Shown: positions 37,701-50,063 of the stretch, in pieces | Layout of the letters: each line of letters begins with the position of its first letter | How positions within the stretch are numbered: position 1 is the stretch's first letter | Source: Tubiluchus corallicola | Taxonomy: Eukaryota > Animalia > Priapulida | Length of the DNA stretch: 64,000 nucleotides | Reading direction: 5' to 3' | Assembly (NCBI GenBank): GCA_030141605.1 | Contig: JAQGDQ010000233.1 | Span: forward strand, 186,001 to 250,000 | Notes under the pieces: generated by a model | Told to the model about the DNA's origin: nothing | What the model saw: only the letters and a program-made list of their open reading frames with translations | Database searches by the model: none | Made by a program: the position numbers and the translations under genes

Positions 37701-40700
37701 TATGTTTATCTTTCATATACCAGACTATGTGGATATGCCCTTGTTAAGTTAACCTTATTTGTTATGCACTGAGTATGACATCATCTGCAATTTGTACCCA
37801 ATTCATGGCTGTTTTTAGTTAGTTAACATATGTTTGCTTGCTTGTTTGTTTGTTCACTATTTTTGTTTGCTAACATTGTTTTTAATGAGCTGAAATAAAC
37901 TAACGAGGCTTGTGAAAGAACTTATTTTGTGTCTATTTACTGTGATGTTTAAAAAGCTACTAACATATAGGTTTGCCTCAATTATGCACATGGAAATGTC
38001 TATATTTCTAGTTCCTGGTACTAACAGTAATGTCTAAGTGTCATAAGAAGATTAATTGGTAACAGTCATTTTCTGTTAAAGCCATTGAAAACTGTATTTG
38101 CATTGAAATTTGCATTAATAATCTTTTTTTAAGTTGAAAATGTTTAAATTATCCCTGAAAGAACAACAATTTAAAACCATAGCTCAAAATGACCCACCAT
38201 TTAAAATGTTTTAAGTTCAAATATCACTTTAAACATAGTTTTATTGATAACAGAGATTACAATATGGCTTGAGCAGACAGTTTTACAACTGATAGATTTT
38301 CTTGGCAATGGTATGTGACACTTTAAAGAGTGCAGACAATAAATGAACAGTTGGAGCATTATAGTACAACAAGTGCAAATATTGTTTTCTTAAGATTGAT
38401 AGCCTTCATTACAGTTCTCTTGCTCAGGAACTTCTGCATGGTCCCTCGCTTCCCCACTCATGAGATGAGAATATTTTCACCATGGGATTATTTTAAAAAA
38501 ATCAATGCTTAAACATTAAAAAATGCAGTGAAACTAGGATTGGCCTCACAAACTTGTGAAAAATACTTCGTCTAGAAACACACCAACATTTCAGCATACA
38601 ATTGATAATTATTTAGGTGGTAGGCCATACAGTTTGTAGACATGAATATATATACTTATTAATCAACACACAAATTTTAGAAAATTTCTCTGCGTAGAAT
38701 TGATATAGAATTGCCATGAAGTCAATGATGTTCAGGATGTCATTTCCATAAATGCATGCAGATGGCAAGTTAGTTTTCATGATAAGCAGTGTGTTGCTAT
38801 TTCCAGTTGTGTTATTATAATTAATGGCAGCTACCTGCACTTTTTGTTTATATATAATAGTGTTTAAATTTGCTTGGGTTATGAGAAGAGTATGTGCGCT
38901 ACAGGTAGTATCATAAATATTTGCCAAGTACATGCATTACAATGCCAAAACAAGTAAGAATGTGGCAAAGCTGTCTGTAAGGTACAAGCAAATCAGTAAT
39001 TTATTACTCTGCTCAGAATCTTCAAAAATTTTTTTAATAATATGGCAACGTGAGGCCTCCAAAATTGTAAGGCTCTGAGCAACAACCCAGTGTTCCTATG
39101 TCTTAAAGCAGCCTTGAAGGCATTTTTAATGGTAAGTTCAAATCACACTGTCCACGCTAAGAAAACCTTCCACTTACATAAAGCTTTAAAAATTTGGCTT
39201 TAGATTTTATACCACTTGTATACTGCCTTTTTGCATACTGGACTTGCGTTGGCAGTACGGCTGTATAAAACATGTAAATTTAAACTCCCACAATGACCGT
39301 GTTAGACGTTTTTTCGTTAGTGAGTGGTGCACAGTGGAGGGTGAGTCAACGACATTTTACCAATATTTGAATCATTTTGAATAATTAATAATTTTCTTTC
39401 CTAGTTACATAAGTCATTCGAGCAGGTAAGCAAAATGCTAAGTAATATAACTTTGCATGGAAAGTTTTTTGGGACATGGTTTAACATTTCCTTCGCCAGG
39501 TTTACGTTGTGCGTATATGACGTCATATAACAGTGCGGTCGGCACAGTGTCACATGAAACTTAAATCGGAAACAAACAAAAAATCCTTTCAACTCGAGCA
39601 CGATATACGCATAAAATTGCTAGAAAGTAGTATAATTGTCAGGCAATTTTTCTGAAACCTATTTTAAGTACCCCTTTTCTTGTCCTTTAAGATGGCCTTG
39701 TTCTTGCCAGAAGTCTGATTCTTTTGGTTTTTCAGGGTTACATAAATAGATTAAAGACATGCACACTCAGCTGGGCAACTTCTCCTGTTTCTCCATTGGG
39801 CATTGTGTAAAAAATAAGCATTGTACCGCATTAGAAGAGGATGGATAACTACACATCCCAATTTTGAAGATAACTTCATGAAATCTTGTGTTAGCCCATC
39901 AGTATTGGAACTTGAAATTTCAGTTTGTCATATTAAGCGGTTTTAGCAATAAATTAAAATAAATTGTGGTCTAAAAATCATCTGGCTTTCTTTAAATGTA
40001 GAGCCTTATTGCCTAGTGATTTCAATTAAATTCATTGCTGACATGTAACCAATTTCTCTATTTTAATACAGCACATACTTGTGTTTTCAGATGCATTACA
40101 AGCAGGAGCTCAACAGTTTGAAGCAAGTGCAGGAAAACTGAAAAGGAAGTACTGGTGGAAAAATTGTAAGGTGAGCGAATTCAATTTTTGGATACTGTAG
40201 TTAATTAAATTATAATGACCTGTAACAAGATGCTTTAATGCAGTCTGGCATCATCATCAGTGTATTTTCACAAGGCAGCTAGAAGTATATATTAAACTAT
40301 ATCTCGTGAATACTGCTATCCTGTTAATAGGCCAAAATTAACCACTAAATGGATAATGCTAGTCGCATGATGACAATTGACAACCAAAAAAAATTTAGCT
40401 CTATTTTTTGGGCTGTTATGCTATGAATTACTAGATTTATATAGTGGTTATATAGAGCCTGTTAGCAAGATGGTAGTGCTTATTAGATTATAATATAATA
40501 TTTATTTCTAACTGGCTTATAATTGTTGGATTATTAAGGCATGGATTCCCCAACTACAAATCAAATCTGTAGTAAGGGTGTTACATCTCTAGACTATGCA
40601 GATAAAACTCAAACTCAACAAACGTCTGTATCATCTATGTCAACAATGGCATGAGTTGCGTACTGAGGTCGCTTCTTGCCTGTAAAACTGATTTTTGTAT

Positions 40701-43700
40701 GATATGAAAGAAAAAGAAAATTGTATTGTTATGAAACCTCATTTTTAACAAAAGTGTAGCAAGTCCTAATTAGAAATTTTAGTAGCTTACGCCAGCAGTT
40801 GACAAATAAAAAAGTTTTTATTGTCTTTATTTTTGCAGTTATTGTGCCATTTCATAAATGGACAAATTCTATCAAAATTAGAATGCACACAGTCTATAAT
40901 ATCAGGCCAGAGTATTGTGTACAATATCGTATGCCAAATTTAATTTCTGAGTGCCTGATAATTGATAACCATAGATTGCATGCTTCTTTAGACTAAATTA
41001 CCTTCTGAGTTTGCCTGAGAATTCTAGTATTCCTAATTTCTCTTAACTCTCAGTGTAATCAAGTTTCTTTTTGACATGTGCACATGTAATGTAGGTGTAT
41101 TGTTTCAGCAAGGTTGATTTATGACATAAATTTTGCTATCACGTGCTATAATATTTATAATGCCTAGTGTGTACACTCAGTTATCAGTATTTGTGCACTC
41201 ATGAGTACGCTGTTTGTGCGACATGTGCACAAGTTTTCACAACTTCAGTGTTCGTACCTCATTGAGGATGGTGATAATTAAGTGATAATTACCATTGATT
41301 CATACATCATTGTCTATATAGTAGTAGACTTGGTGGACTTGTGTAACGATGGTTTTGCTTTGTGATAATGGGCGGGTGGTTCATAACATGGAGAGGGGGC
41401 AGATAATGCAAAAAGAAATGTCAAAAACGAGTTTTATAATGAGGCGTGACAGCAGTTCGTTATTTGATAATAATTCTGTGACATATTTGCATGAAGCTAG
41501 CATTAATGAAAAAGATACTTCTCTTCGAAAAGCCTCGGTAAGTCAAAATACACAATAATAGACTACATATAAAAGTAATTTTTTACATCAGGGATGTCTT
41601 ATTAAACACATTTTGCTCATTTAAATTATTTTTCTTTTATAAATATTGCACATTTACTGCAGCCTGGTAAGCCAACCAGTTATGTGATCTTACCTAGATA
41701 ATTCTTCAGCTGATTTTCTGCGCCATATTGACTAGGAAGTTGACTAGGTGACTAAAAATTCACCCAAGTGATGGTTTGAATGGGAAAGAAAAGATATGTG
41801 GAGATTAGTCAGAGCAGTAGTAAGGGAACAAGAGAGAATGCAGCAAATGATTTGGCAAGGAAAGGGAGCACAACAAAATGCGGACAGAAAGGAAAAGAAT
41901 GTACGAGAGAGGAATATGGTTGTAAGACTGTGAGTGATTGGAAAGTAGCCCTACTGATTTAAAGTTTTTTAATTTACCACATGTTAACTTGCACATAGAA
42001 TATTGGCTCTCCTACTAACTACTTAAAATCGATGAGCACAAACTCACAAAGAGCACGGTAAAACAAGTTATGTAGAAATAATAAGTACTAAGTATTTTAT
42101 TTTAATATTTTAAGTGTTTTTGAGTTTTTGTTAGCTGTTAGCAGTCATGTAAGGAACAGTTAACAACTGGAAAGTTTAAAAACCATTAAACTGAGTTTCT
42201 CAATGTTTAAATAAAAACTTATATCAAATGATTATGAGGTTATACAACTACAATTAAACTGCAGATCTCGTTGCATGGCACCGATAAGCTGCATTAATCT
42301 ATGTAATGTTTATTCAGTATTTGTGTTTACATTACCGCGTTCCATTTTCTTAATAGTATACTCATAAACAAGTTAGATAGGCTTTGGAAGAATAACTTGG
42401 TCATAGTGCATCTGATTAGGGATACCTTGATTTTACTTAGAATACACAGGCATACACTTTTACTTGTTTAATACTCTGTATACACAGACACATTTTAAAC
42501 TATACTGTTTTAATAATAACTACTCAAAAGGCACATAGCTGCATGTTTACTATTTTGTTATATTATAAAATCATTTGTTATAACTGAAAGAAATCCATTC
42601 CGTTTGCTGGACTTTTAGTCCAAAAACGCGAATTACAATAAATTCTGCACACACAGGCAAAACATGCAATTAAATACATTTGTTATGGCTGTAGTACCGA
42701 TGTAACTCATACAGTACATTTAACTAGAGCTTAAATAAGGTGCTGATTGTTCTTCGTTACATCATTAGATGATTTAGAGAGAGAAATTTGTTCATGAAAT
42801 CAGGATATAGCATACTTTTTCATTTCTAGGCACTTTTAGACAAAATGTATTTGGCCTGGTTTCTACACCCGTTGAATTATAATAAAAAATCTTTCAATCT
42901 ACATAGTAAGTCAATGTCAAATGCATAATATTAATTGCATTTTTGAATAAATGTTACCATTGTAAAAAAACTGTAATGCCCTTATTTTGACTTAATGAGC
43001 AAGTGCACATTTGGAGAATAATGGCTTCTTCATAGTTTCAGTTCAGTAATTTTTGTGACCTTTTATACTTTCAAAGTAGCTAAGATGACCTTTACATCCT
43101 TGTACTACATGAAGCATGATTAATTTTTATAGATTGTTATGTATATTTTCGTCATTTATTCTGCTACTCTAAATATCTATTGTAGACATTGAGCCTCCAT
43201 CTATTGGCTATTTAGGATGTTTTGGTACCTCATTTAATGCTAATGTTACTGATGTTTTTTCTGGCAATCTGGTTAAATGCCCTACTCATCTTTGCCTTCT
43301 GATTTTAATTTTGTGCTCCAAAAGTTCCTTTTTGCAGCTGCCCATTTGAAATAACATACAGCCATCTTACTTACAAGATTTTTTTAGCAAACTTCTGTGG
43401 AATACATCTATTTCTGCTTCATGCATTGCAGTTAAACCCCACATTTCACTGTTGTGCTTGAAGATGCTTATATATTGAAGAGGTCACAGCCTTGCTTGAG
43501 GGATAGTTTTATGCCATATTATGTATATAGAATATTAAATATTAATTTTCACTTTTTGCAGATGATTGCCATATTGGTAGGAGTTGTCGTCGTGATAGTT
43601 GTCATCATTATCGGTAAGAATTTTTAGTATTTCTCTATTCCTGTGTACTATCTTGCGTCACTATGTTGCTTCAGTGCTTATGCTTCTCTGAGGCTAATCA

Positions 43701-44812
43701 CCAGCTTCCCACAGCTTTTGTTAATACATGGATGGGTGAGGTTTGTGGTATTTTGTAGATGCCACTTTTTGCTGATTTGCACAAAAAATATGCTATACCA
43801 TAGTAAATGTGTCAGGTATGAATTTCAATCCCAAATTACTCCATCTATGCACTGTGTGTGTGTTTCAGCCATATCTCTTACTGTTTCTATGGAGCTATGT
43901 TTCTGCTTTTCTGTGTAGTGACCCTGACGCTAGGTCACTGACTCTAGGTTACTAATCGTTTAGCAGTAACACAAGAGCGACAGTTGCTCAAAATTGTTAT
44001 TGTAGTTTTAAAATTATCTTAACTTTGCATGTAAATGTAAAATGGCAAAAACCTTAAAAATGATCAAGATGTTATTTATTAGAAAATAAGTTCACTTGAG
44101 TTTTATAACTGATGCAAATGGTTAAGAAAGAAGGTTGAGAAATTGTAAATGAAGAAGGGTGTAATTTTTGACATACTCCTTCGTGTGAACTCTAGTAGAT
44201 TGGCTACTAAGACTAGGGCAAATGAGCAAAGGTTCAATAATTATATCCTTATGATCAACCAAAACATCCAGTGCATGTTAATGTTTTTGCTGATTGTGAT
44301 AACAAAGCATCTAGCATCTCCATGTTTTTTCATGGGAAAGCAAAGCGGGCAATAATCAAATTTATTTTTGCAATGCTTTTCTTTTTTGTTGCTTATTCGC
44401 ATAATAATTCCCATAGCACAAACGACATAAAAGGATACGCTAACTGTGGTAACCACCTTGGCTAGCTGAGGAACAGAAGCCGGATGCCAGATGCTCAAAA
44501 ATGTTGGGCTTCCACTGTCCAGTGCCATAATCTTTGATATCAACACTCATTGATAATATAAAAGTTCTATTTCTCACTTAAACATCCAGGACGTGGGCAC
44601 CAGATGCTAGACCCTGGGTGATTTGGTGCATCTTAGGCTTAAATTGGATATAGGTTTGCTAGATTTCAAGATGCTTCCTGTTCTCCCTGAAGCAAATATG
44701 CTGTTAAGTCTAATCATTATGAGTTTCATGCATTTCTTTGATAGGTGTGTTTCTTCCTTATTATTATATTTTGTTTTTAGTGTGGACTGTAACTAAGCAA
44801 AAGGAGGAGTAA
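31765..44812 (+). CDS. VAMP: Synaptobrevin / VAMP1-2-3-type R-SNARE, 99 aa, with an alternative exon 3a/3b
   Basis: Exons: 31765-31766 (AT, inferred), 36902-36956 ([19 protein letters not shown]), 37228-37306 or 37577-37655, 40091-40170 ([27 protein letters not shown]), 43562-43613 ([19 protein letters not shown]), 44781-44812 ([10 protein letters not shown]). All GT-AG with consistent phases; 300 nt. Confidence 0.93.
34450..35610 (+). repeat. Interspersed repeat, copy 2 of the inverted pair, with ~310 bp of extra sequence at ~35165-35475
   Basis: Aligns to the reverse complement of 28480-29362 on both sides of the extra segment. Confidence 0.88.
37228..37306 (+). CDS. VAMP: VAMP alternative exon 3a ([26 protein letters not shown])
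   Basis: ttttaag|GTT...GCAG|gtatta; 79 nt, phase 0 to 1, open frame, paralogous to exon 3b. Confidence 0.85.
37577..37655 (+). CDS. VAMP: VAMP alternative exon 3b ([26 protein letters not shown])
   Basis: Long pyrimidine tract, aactag|GTG...GCAG|gtagaa; 79 nt, phase 0 to 1; closest to the canonical synaptobrevin sequence. Confidence 0.93.
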
Positions 44813-46460
44813 AAGATGTATAGACAGCTGTTGTCTGCTAGTGCTTACATCCCACAAGTCATGGTTGTTATGATCTAATAGAAGAATTTTTTGTATATGC
44901 TTGCTCGAACTCATAGTACATATTCAATGTATAACTGTCTGTTAGGATACTACGTATTGAGTAGTGCATGAGCATTTATGTAAATACTGTGTTTTGTCAA
45001 TAATTTTCAATTTTGAGCGAAAGGAAGTATTGAATAAACATTCATCTGATTAGTTTGGTTTTTTGTCGTAGTTACTGCTGACTGAAGTAGTACAGCTAAT
45101 ATTAATAGTATTAGGCTGACTGGTTGAACTGCATAAAATCGACCAATGAATTGCTTGGCTTGTCACCATATGTACCGTATGAATAAGTAAGACAACATTT
45201 CTATTTTAAGTCAATATGCTGTGTAAAACATGCAAAATCTTGAGCCGACCATTTAAATTACAGAAAATATATTAATAGAATCCATAAACTGTACTCCTCT
45301 TCTTGAAAGTCCTTTAACTTTGTTTATATTGATATAAGCTTTTATGCACAGCACGATTAGCTTATTAAACAAACTGAACTCTAACACCTGAAGTCATAAA
45401 TGTCATACTTTCTGACAATGACAGTTTTGAGTAACAGTTATCTATACTAATAAAAGGTGATGGATTTCGAAGTGTAAATGATACCATTTGTTTACATGAG
45501 ATGATGTACTAATTTATGTTCATTGTAAATGTGAATATTGTGTTGCTGTTGTTGTTCTAGTGCATCGATAATTTACCATTTAATAAGAATTAAATGCCCT
45601 GGAGTGACTTGATAACTGCCTATCAGTACATCTTTTCTTCTTTCTTACACCAGCAGATTTAAAATGCTTTAAATTTAATAAGACTTTAAATTAAGTGTTA
45701 AAACCAATTTTTATCCTGCCTACAACAGACTTGTTAATAAAGTTGTTTCTGACTATAATCGGAGATTTGGTCCAATTATTTTAATGATCTGTTGTTAGCC
45801 ATCCAAGTATTCAAGTATCTGGAAATTGGTAATAGAATCATTGTACCATTTTTTTACTTTTCCTGTCTAGTTGATACTGCCATTTAGCGAAAATTGTCTC
45901 AGTCTTCTTTTTTATCAGTACAATAATGGATAAAAGTCGGTTTTTGAGTTGTTTGTACTCATTGTATTTTTTAGTCTTTTCTAAAACAGTGGATTATGCA
46001 CACTGATGAAATTTTACTACTTGTCCCATCTTTATCATCAGTTGTTACCCATAAACTGCGTGCTGTATTTCATATCGGAAAATTTATTTTTGATATACTT
46101 TGTGGGAAATTTTTGATTTTTTTTTGCAAAATGTAAATGATAAGAGTTCTGAAATGCATACGTTTATAATAAATTATTTTGTGTAAATATGTGATAAGAT
46201 TTTTTTGTAACTGTGTGACTTATTTTAGTAAAATGGCAACTGGCAGTATTACAACTTTGTTGGTTCATAGCACTTTTATTTCTGGATAGCAAAACAAACG
46301 TGAGCCAAATTAACCACCTCTTGTTGTAAAGGACTGGAATCTAAACTAAAAGTTGTCTCTTATTGTTGTTAGTTTGTGTTATTTAGCCAAGATATTTAGC
46401 CAGAGGCAATCAGATATTGTGTAAATTACCTGTAAATTGTAATTTTGTACTTCTGTGAAT

Positions 46461-46474
46461 TTTATTTTAATAAA
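46461..46474. terminator. Back-to-back candidate poly(A) signals (TTTATT-TT-AATAAA) at the VAMP/LPP 3' junction
   Basis: AATAAA on + at 46469-46474 is followed by a GT-rich tract; AATAAA on - lies at 46466-46461. Base skew flips from T-rich to A-rich at ~46550. Confidence 0.5.
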
Positions 46475-48807
46475 CTTTGTATGTTTGATTGATAATTTAT
46501 CAATATCTGTTTTGAAGATTTTTAAATCGTGTAACCAATACATCTGCATCAAAAAATATTAACCAAAAATCTTGTTTAATGATAGTTTATAATTGAAGAA
46601 TCTTACAAGCTTTGTATAAAAAGGCCTAATGGAAATATCATAATAAATACAGTACATTATAAACTATATAATTATAAACATAAAAATTGTCCAACAACTC
46701 AAAGGACAAATACAAAATTTTGAATATGACAATACTTTTGCTAAAAATATTATCGGTTGCACCTTTATTAAAAGCTCTTACAAAGTGGTAGACCTAAGCA
46801 AAGGAATCAACTCGAAAAATACCTATAAACACTCATAATATATATTTTGCTTCTGCAGTACTTAATGCTCACACTACATGGCAAAGCATACTATAAAATC
46901 GCTATGACTATTAAATTAATAATTTTAAACATGCTAAATGATTTCATACAGTGATAGATGTCAGCTGTTGGTTTTTTACAACAATCAGGAAAATATTTAT
47001 GAACAATTGTGTTACTTTGCAGACAAGTACACTGTAATTTGTACTCTGTATCACTTTTGACTGATGACTCGTAAAAATTTCAGTTGTAAATCAGGAAATT
47101 ACTAAACACTGAACTGGGTGGTCTCAAGCAGTAAAAAAATATAAAGTTCATTTTGCTAAACACCATCTTGCTTCTAAATTAATTAATTACAGGTAACAAT
47201 TCCAATTTCCTTAACGATGGCATTTTCAATTTTTCTACATGCAATTTTACATGACAAAAAGTTAAGAAATATCTACTTTACAAGGTATAGTATGTAAGCA
47301 TAATTAGCTGTCAGCCTTTCAAACACTGAACAAATCGTAAGATAAAGTGCCCAGCAATTAAAATCAGATGCCTGAATTAATAAGCTCACACACTACATTC
47401 CGTTAATAAGCATCCACTATGGTTAGTACAAAAAAAGACAGAAAAATACTTCAGCATGACATGTACAACTAATACTGTGTGCACACTATTATTGTAATAC
47501 TTGTAGATACACTGTAACACGGATATCCATGCCTTCATGATAGAATGGCCTTGCACTAATACAATCTTCAGACCAAAGTGATTATCTATAAAAACACTAA
47601 TGAAGTTATTATCCCACGAAAGGATAATAATCATAGTTAGCTGATAACGAAGTGAATCCTTCTACAATTTAAAAAAAGAAGTCTTGCGAACATATACGAG
47701 GTTTGGAGCAAGCTAAAAAACATCTAAAAATATTGTAATAAAAATGAATACATGATTAAATTTGTCTACTAGTAGATTTCATAAAATAGTTAAGTGCACT
47801 GAGTACAATATAAGTGAAATCTAAAAATTACGCATAAATTTTTTGACTCACTGCTCCACCAATAACGTATAAAGCATAATCGTAAACTATACTGTGCACT
47901 CTCAGCTACCACAGAGATCAGTAAAAATTAAAAAGGACCTAATAAAAATCCTCAAAATACAACCTCCATGTAGTGTTCATGCAAAATTGTTAGAAGTATA
48001 GTAACTATATTACTGAAAAACATATACAACAATATTACAAATTAGTACATTTCATTATGTGTGCATTAAATACACCATTACCACATGGATGAAGAGCCAC
48101 ATTTGAACCTGTTCTAAACAATAAGATGTTTAACTGTAGACAAATACTAGCTAAAACAACCCTTTCAAAACATTTATAATCGTGACTTATAGATAACATG
48201 ATAAGCAATAAACTGTGTAGAGCCAAAACAACTTCTTAGTGTCAAATTAATGTCGACACGCACACAGTACATAAATAAAAAATTGCTCAAAAGAATACAA
48301 TATCTTGATTTCCTTTATTTATTGTAAAATGTGTTGATCTCTAATAAATGCAATCAATGTTTCATACAAATAAAATTTGCAAATTTATAAAACTAAAATT
48401 TAATTTTGATTGTAAATTTAAACTGAAATACCAAATAAAACTAGTAAGTGGTCTTAAATATGTACTCTCTACCAAATGCTTACATGCTTTCTAGCTGAGA
48501 TCCAGACATCACTTAAGATATCATTTTTCTAATGCACTAGCACATATACCTCTGTATAGTTCATGCATATATACCATTTTCATGAGGATTTTTTCCATAG
48601 AAGAACCCATAAATACATAGTTAATTAATAAAAAGGGATCTTTATTCTATTTCTCAACTGATAATCATCAAAATCTAATCAACTAACCTGACCTCGTCTC
48701 TCCATGAAATTGAATTAAATCCACACATACTTTTTAATATCTTTGCAGACAAACGAATAATCACAAATTTTTCTCACTAAAGCAACTGTATATATTAATT
48801 TCGCTGG

Positions 48808-49519
48808 TATATATATATATATATATAACCGAGGAGGCTACAGCTCCAACAACTGCACCATTCTCGACAATCTATACGTCAAATGAAAGGTCTCCACCCA
48901 AGAGTTCACACCTGGAGGTTTATTTTTCGAATCGGGCCCACTGGGAGGAACGGGGGCTGAAAAACTTCCAAAAATGGCCATTTTTTGCAAAATGTATACC
49001 TCTTATTTCTAGAGATCCAGAATGGACCACGGGTGACGCTGGTAATGGTTGAATAGCTCATTCACTGGTGGGTGTAATAGTCATATTTAGATTTCGCGAG
49101 AGGGCCACTAATGTACGCTACGGGCATTTTCCCAGACCCAATTTTTTCGAAATTTTGGCCAAACGGCCAGTAGAGAAAATGTTCTAGCGGCGCTTAGTGT
49201 GACTCTTGGAAGGAGATATCTAGCTCTTTAGAAAGAGGAAGAACAGGGCTACACGATGATGTGGGCTATATTTTAGGGCAGGTCCACCAAGAGGAGTGAC
49301 GATGAGTTAATTAGATGTTCCATTTTTGGCAATTTTTGCTTGGAAGATTGCTGACGCAAAGCCATTGTTGTGACGTCAACCATTATACTCTGCTTATAAC
49401 CTTATAACTTTAATTCAGTAAAAACTGCTGCTCGCTTTGCGTTATAAATGAGGACTATGTAGGATGTTCACAATTACAAGTTTACTTATATGCAAATTTT
49501 TTTGCAGGGCCTTTGCTAG
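48808..49519 (+). mobile_element. Probable non-autonomous Helitron-like insertion downstream of the LPP stop codon
   Basis: GC/CpG-richer block starting with (TA)n and ending in a short hairpin (tgcaaa...tttgca) followed by CTAG|T, the Helitron 3' signature. The 5' TC is not visible. Confidence 0.5.
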
Positions 49520-50063
49520 TAATTAATTAATGAGAAAGATAAATTTTCTGAGCTGTTTTCCAATCAATTGTCACAAAAACCTCACCATCTTTTTCTTTTC
49601 ACACATCATTGTACAGAAATTAATTTGCAGGGTTTTGAGATACGTTTCTGACTAACAGGTTCCTGCAAGTACGTAATGTTTTTTGCTAAATTTTAGTTGT
49701 GATAAAAAAATAAATGTGTAAGGAACTTGCTTTTGGGCAAGAATAAGAATTTGATTACTATCTAACTTATGATTAATATGCTTTAAACATTGTAACATGC
49801 AAGGATAGCCACCTGGGTTTGATAATCATATAAAAACTATAAGCTAAACTTGCACGTGCCTAAGTTTTGCCATTTTAGTAATGAACAAGTAAAAAATGTT
49901 GGTAAAGAAATGAGATAACAAATGTAAGCTATTCGTGAAAAACTGTAAGAGTCAACAATGCCAAGTAAGCTGACATACTTGTCTACATATACACATATTC
50001 CATTCTAGCTGTTGACTGTAACACAGCTAGACCATATGAAAACCCCACCCTGTAGTAATTAAT

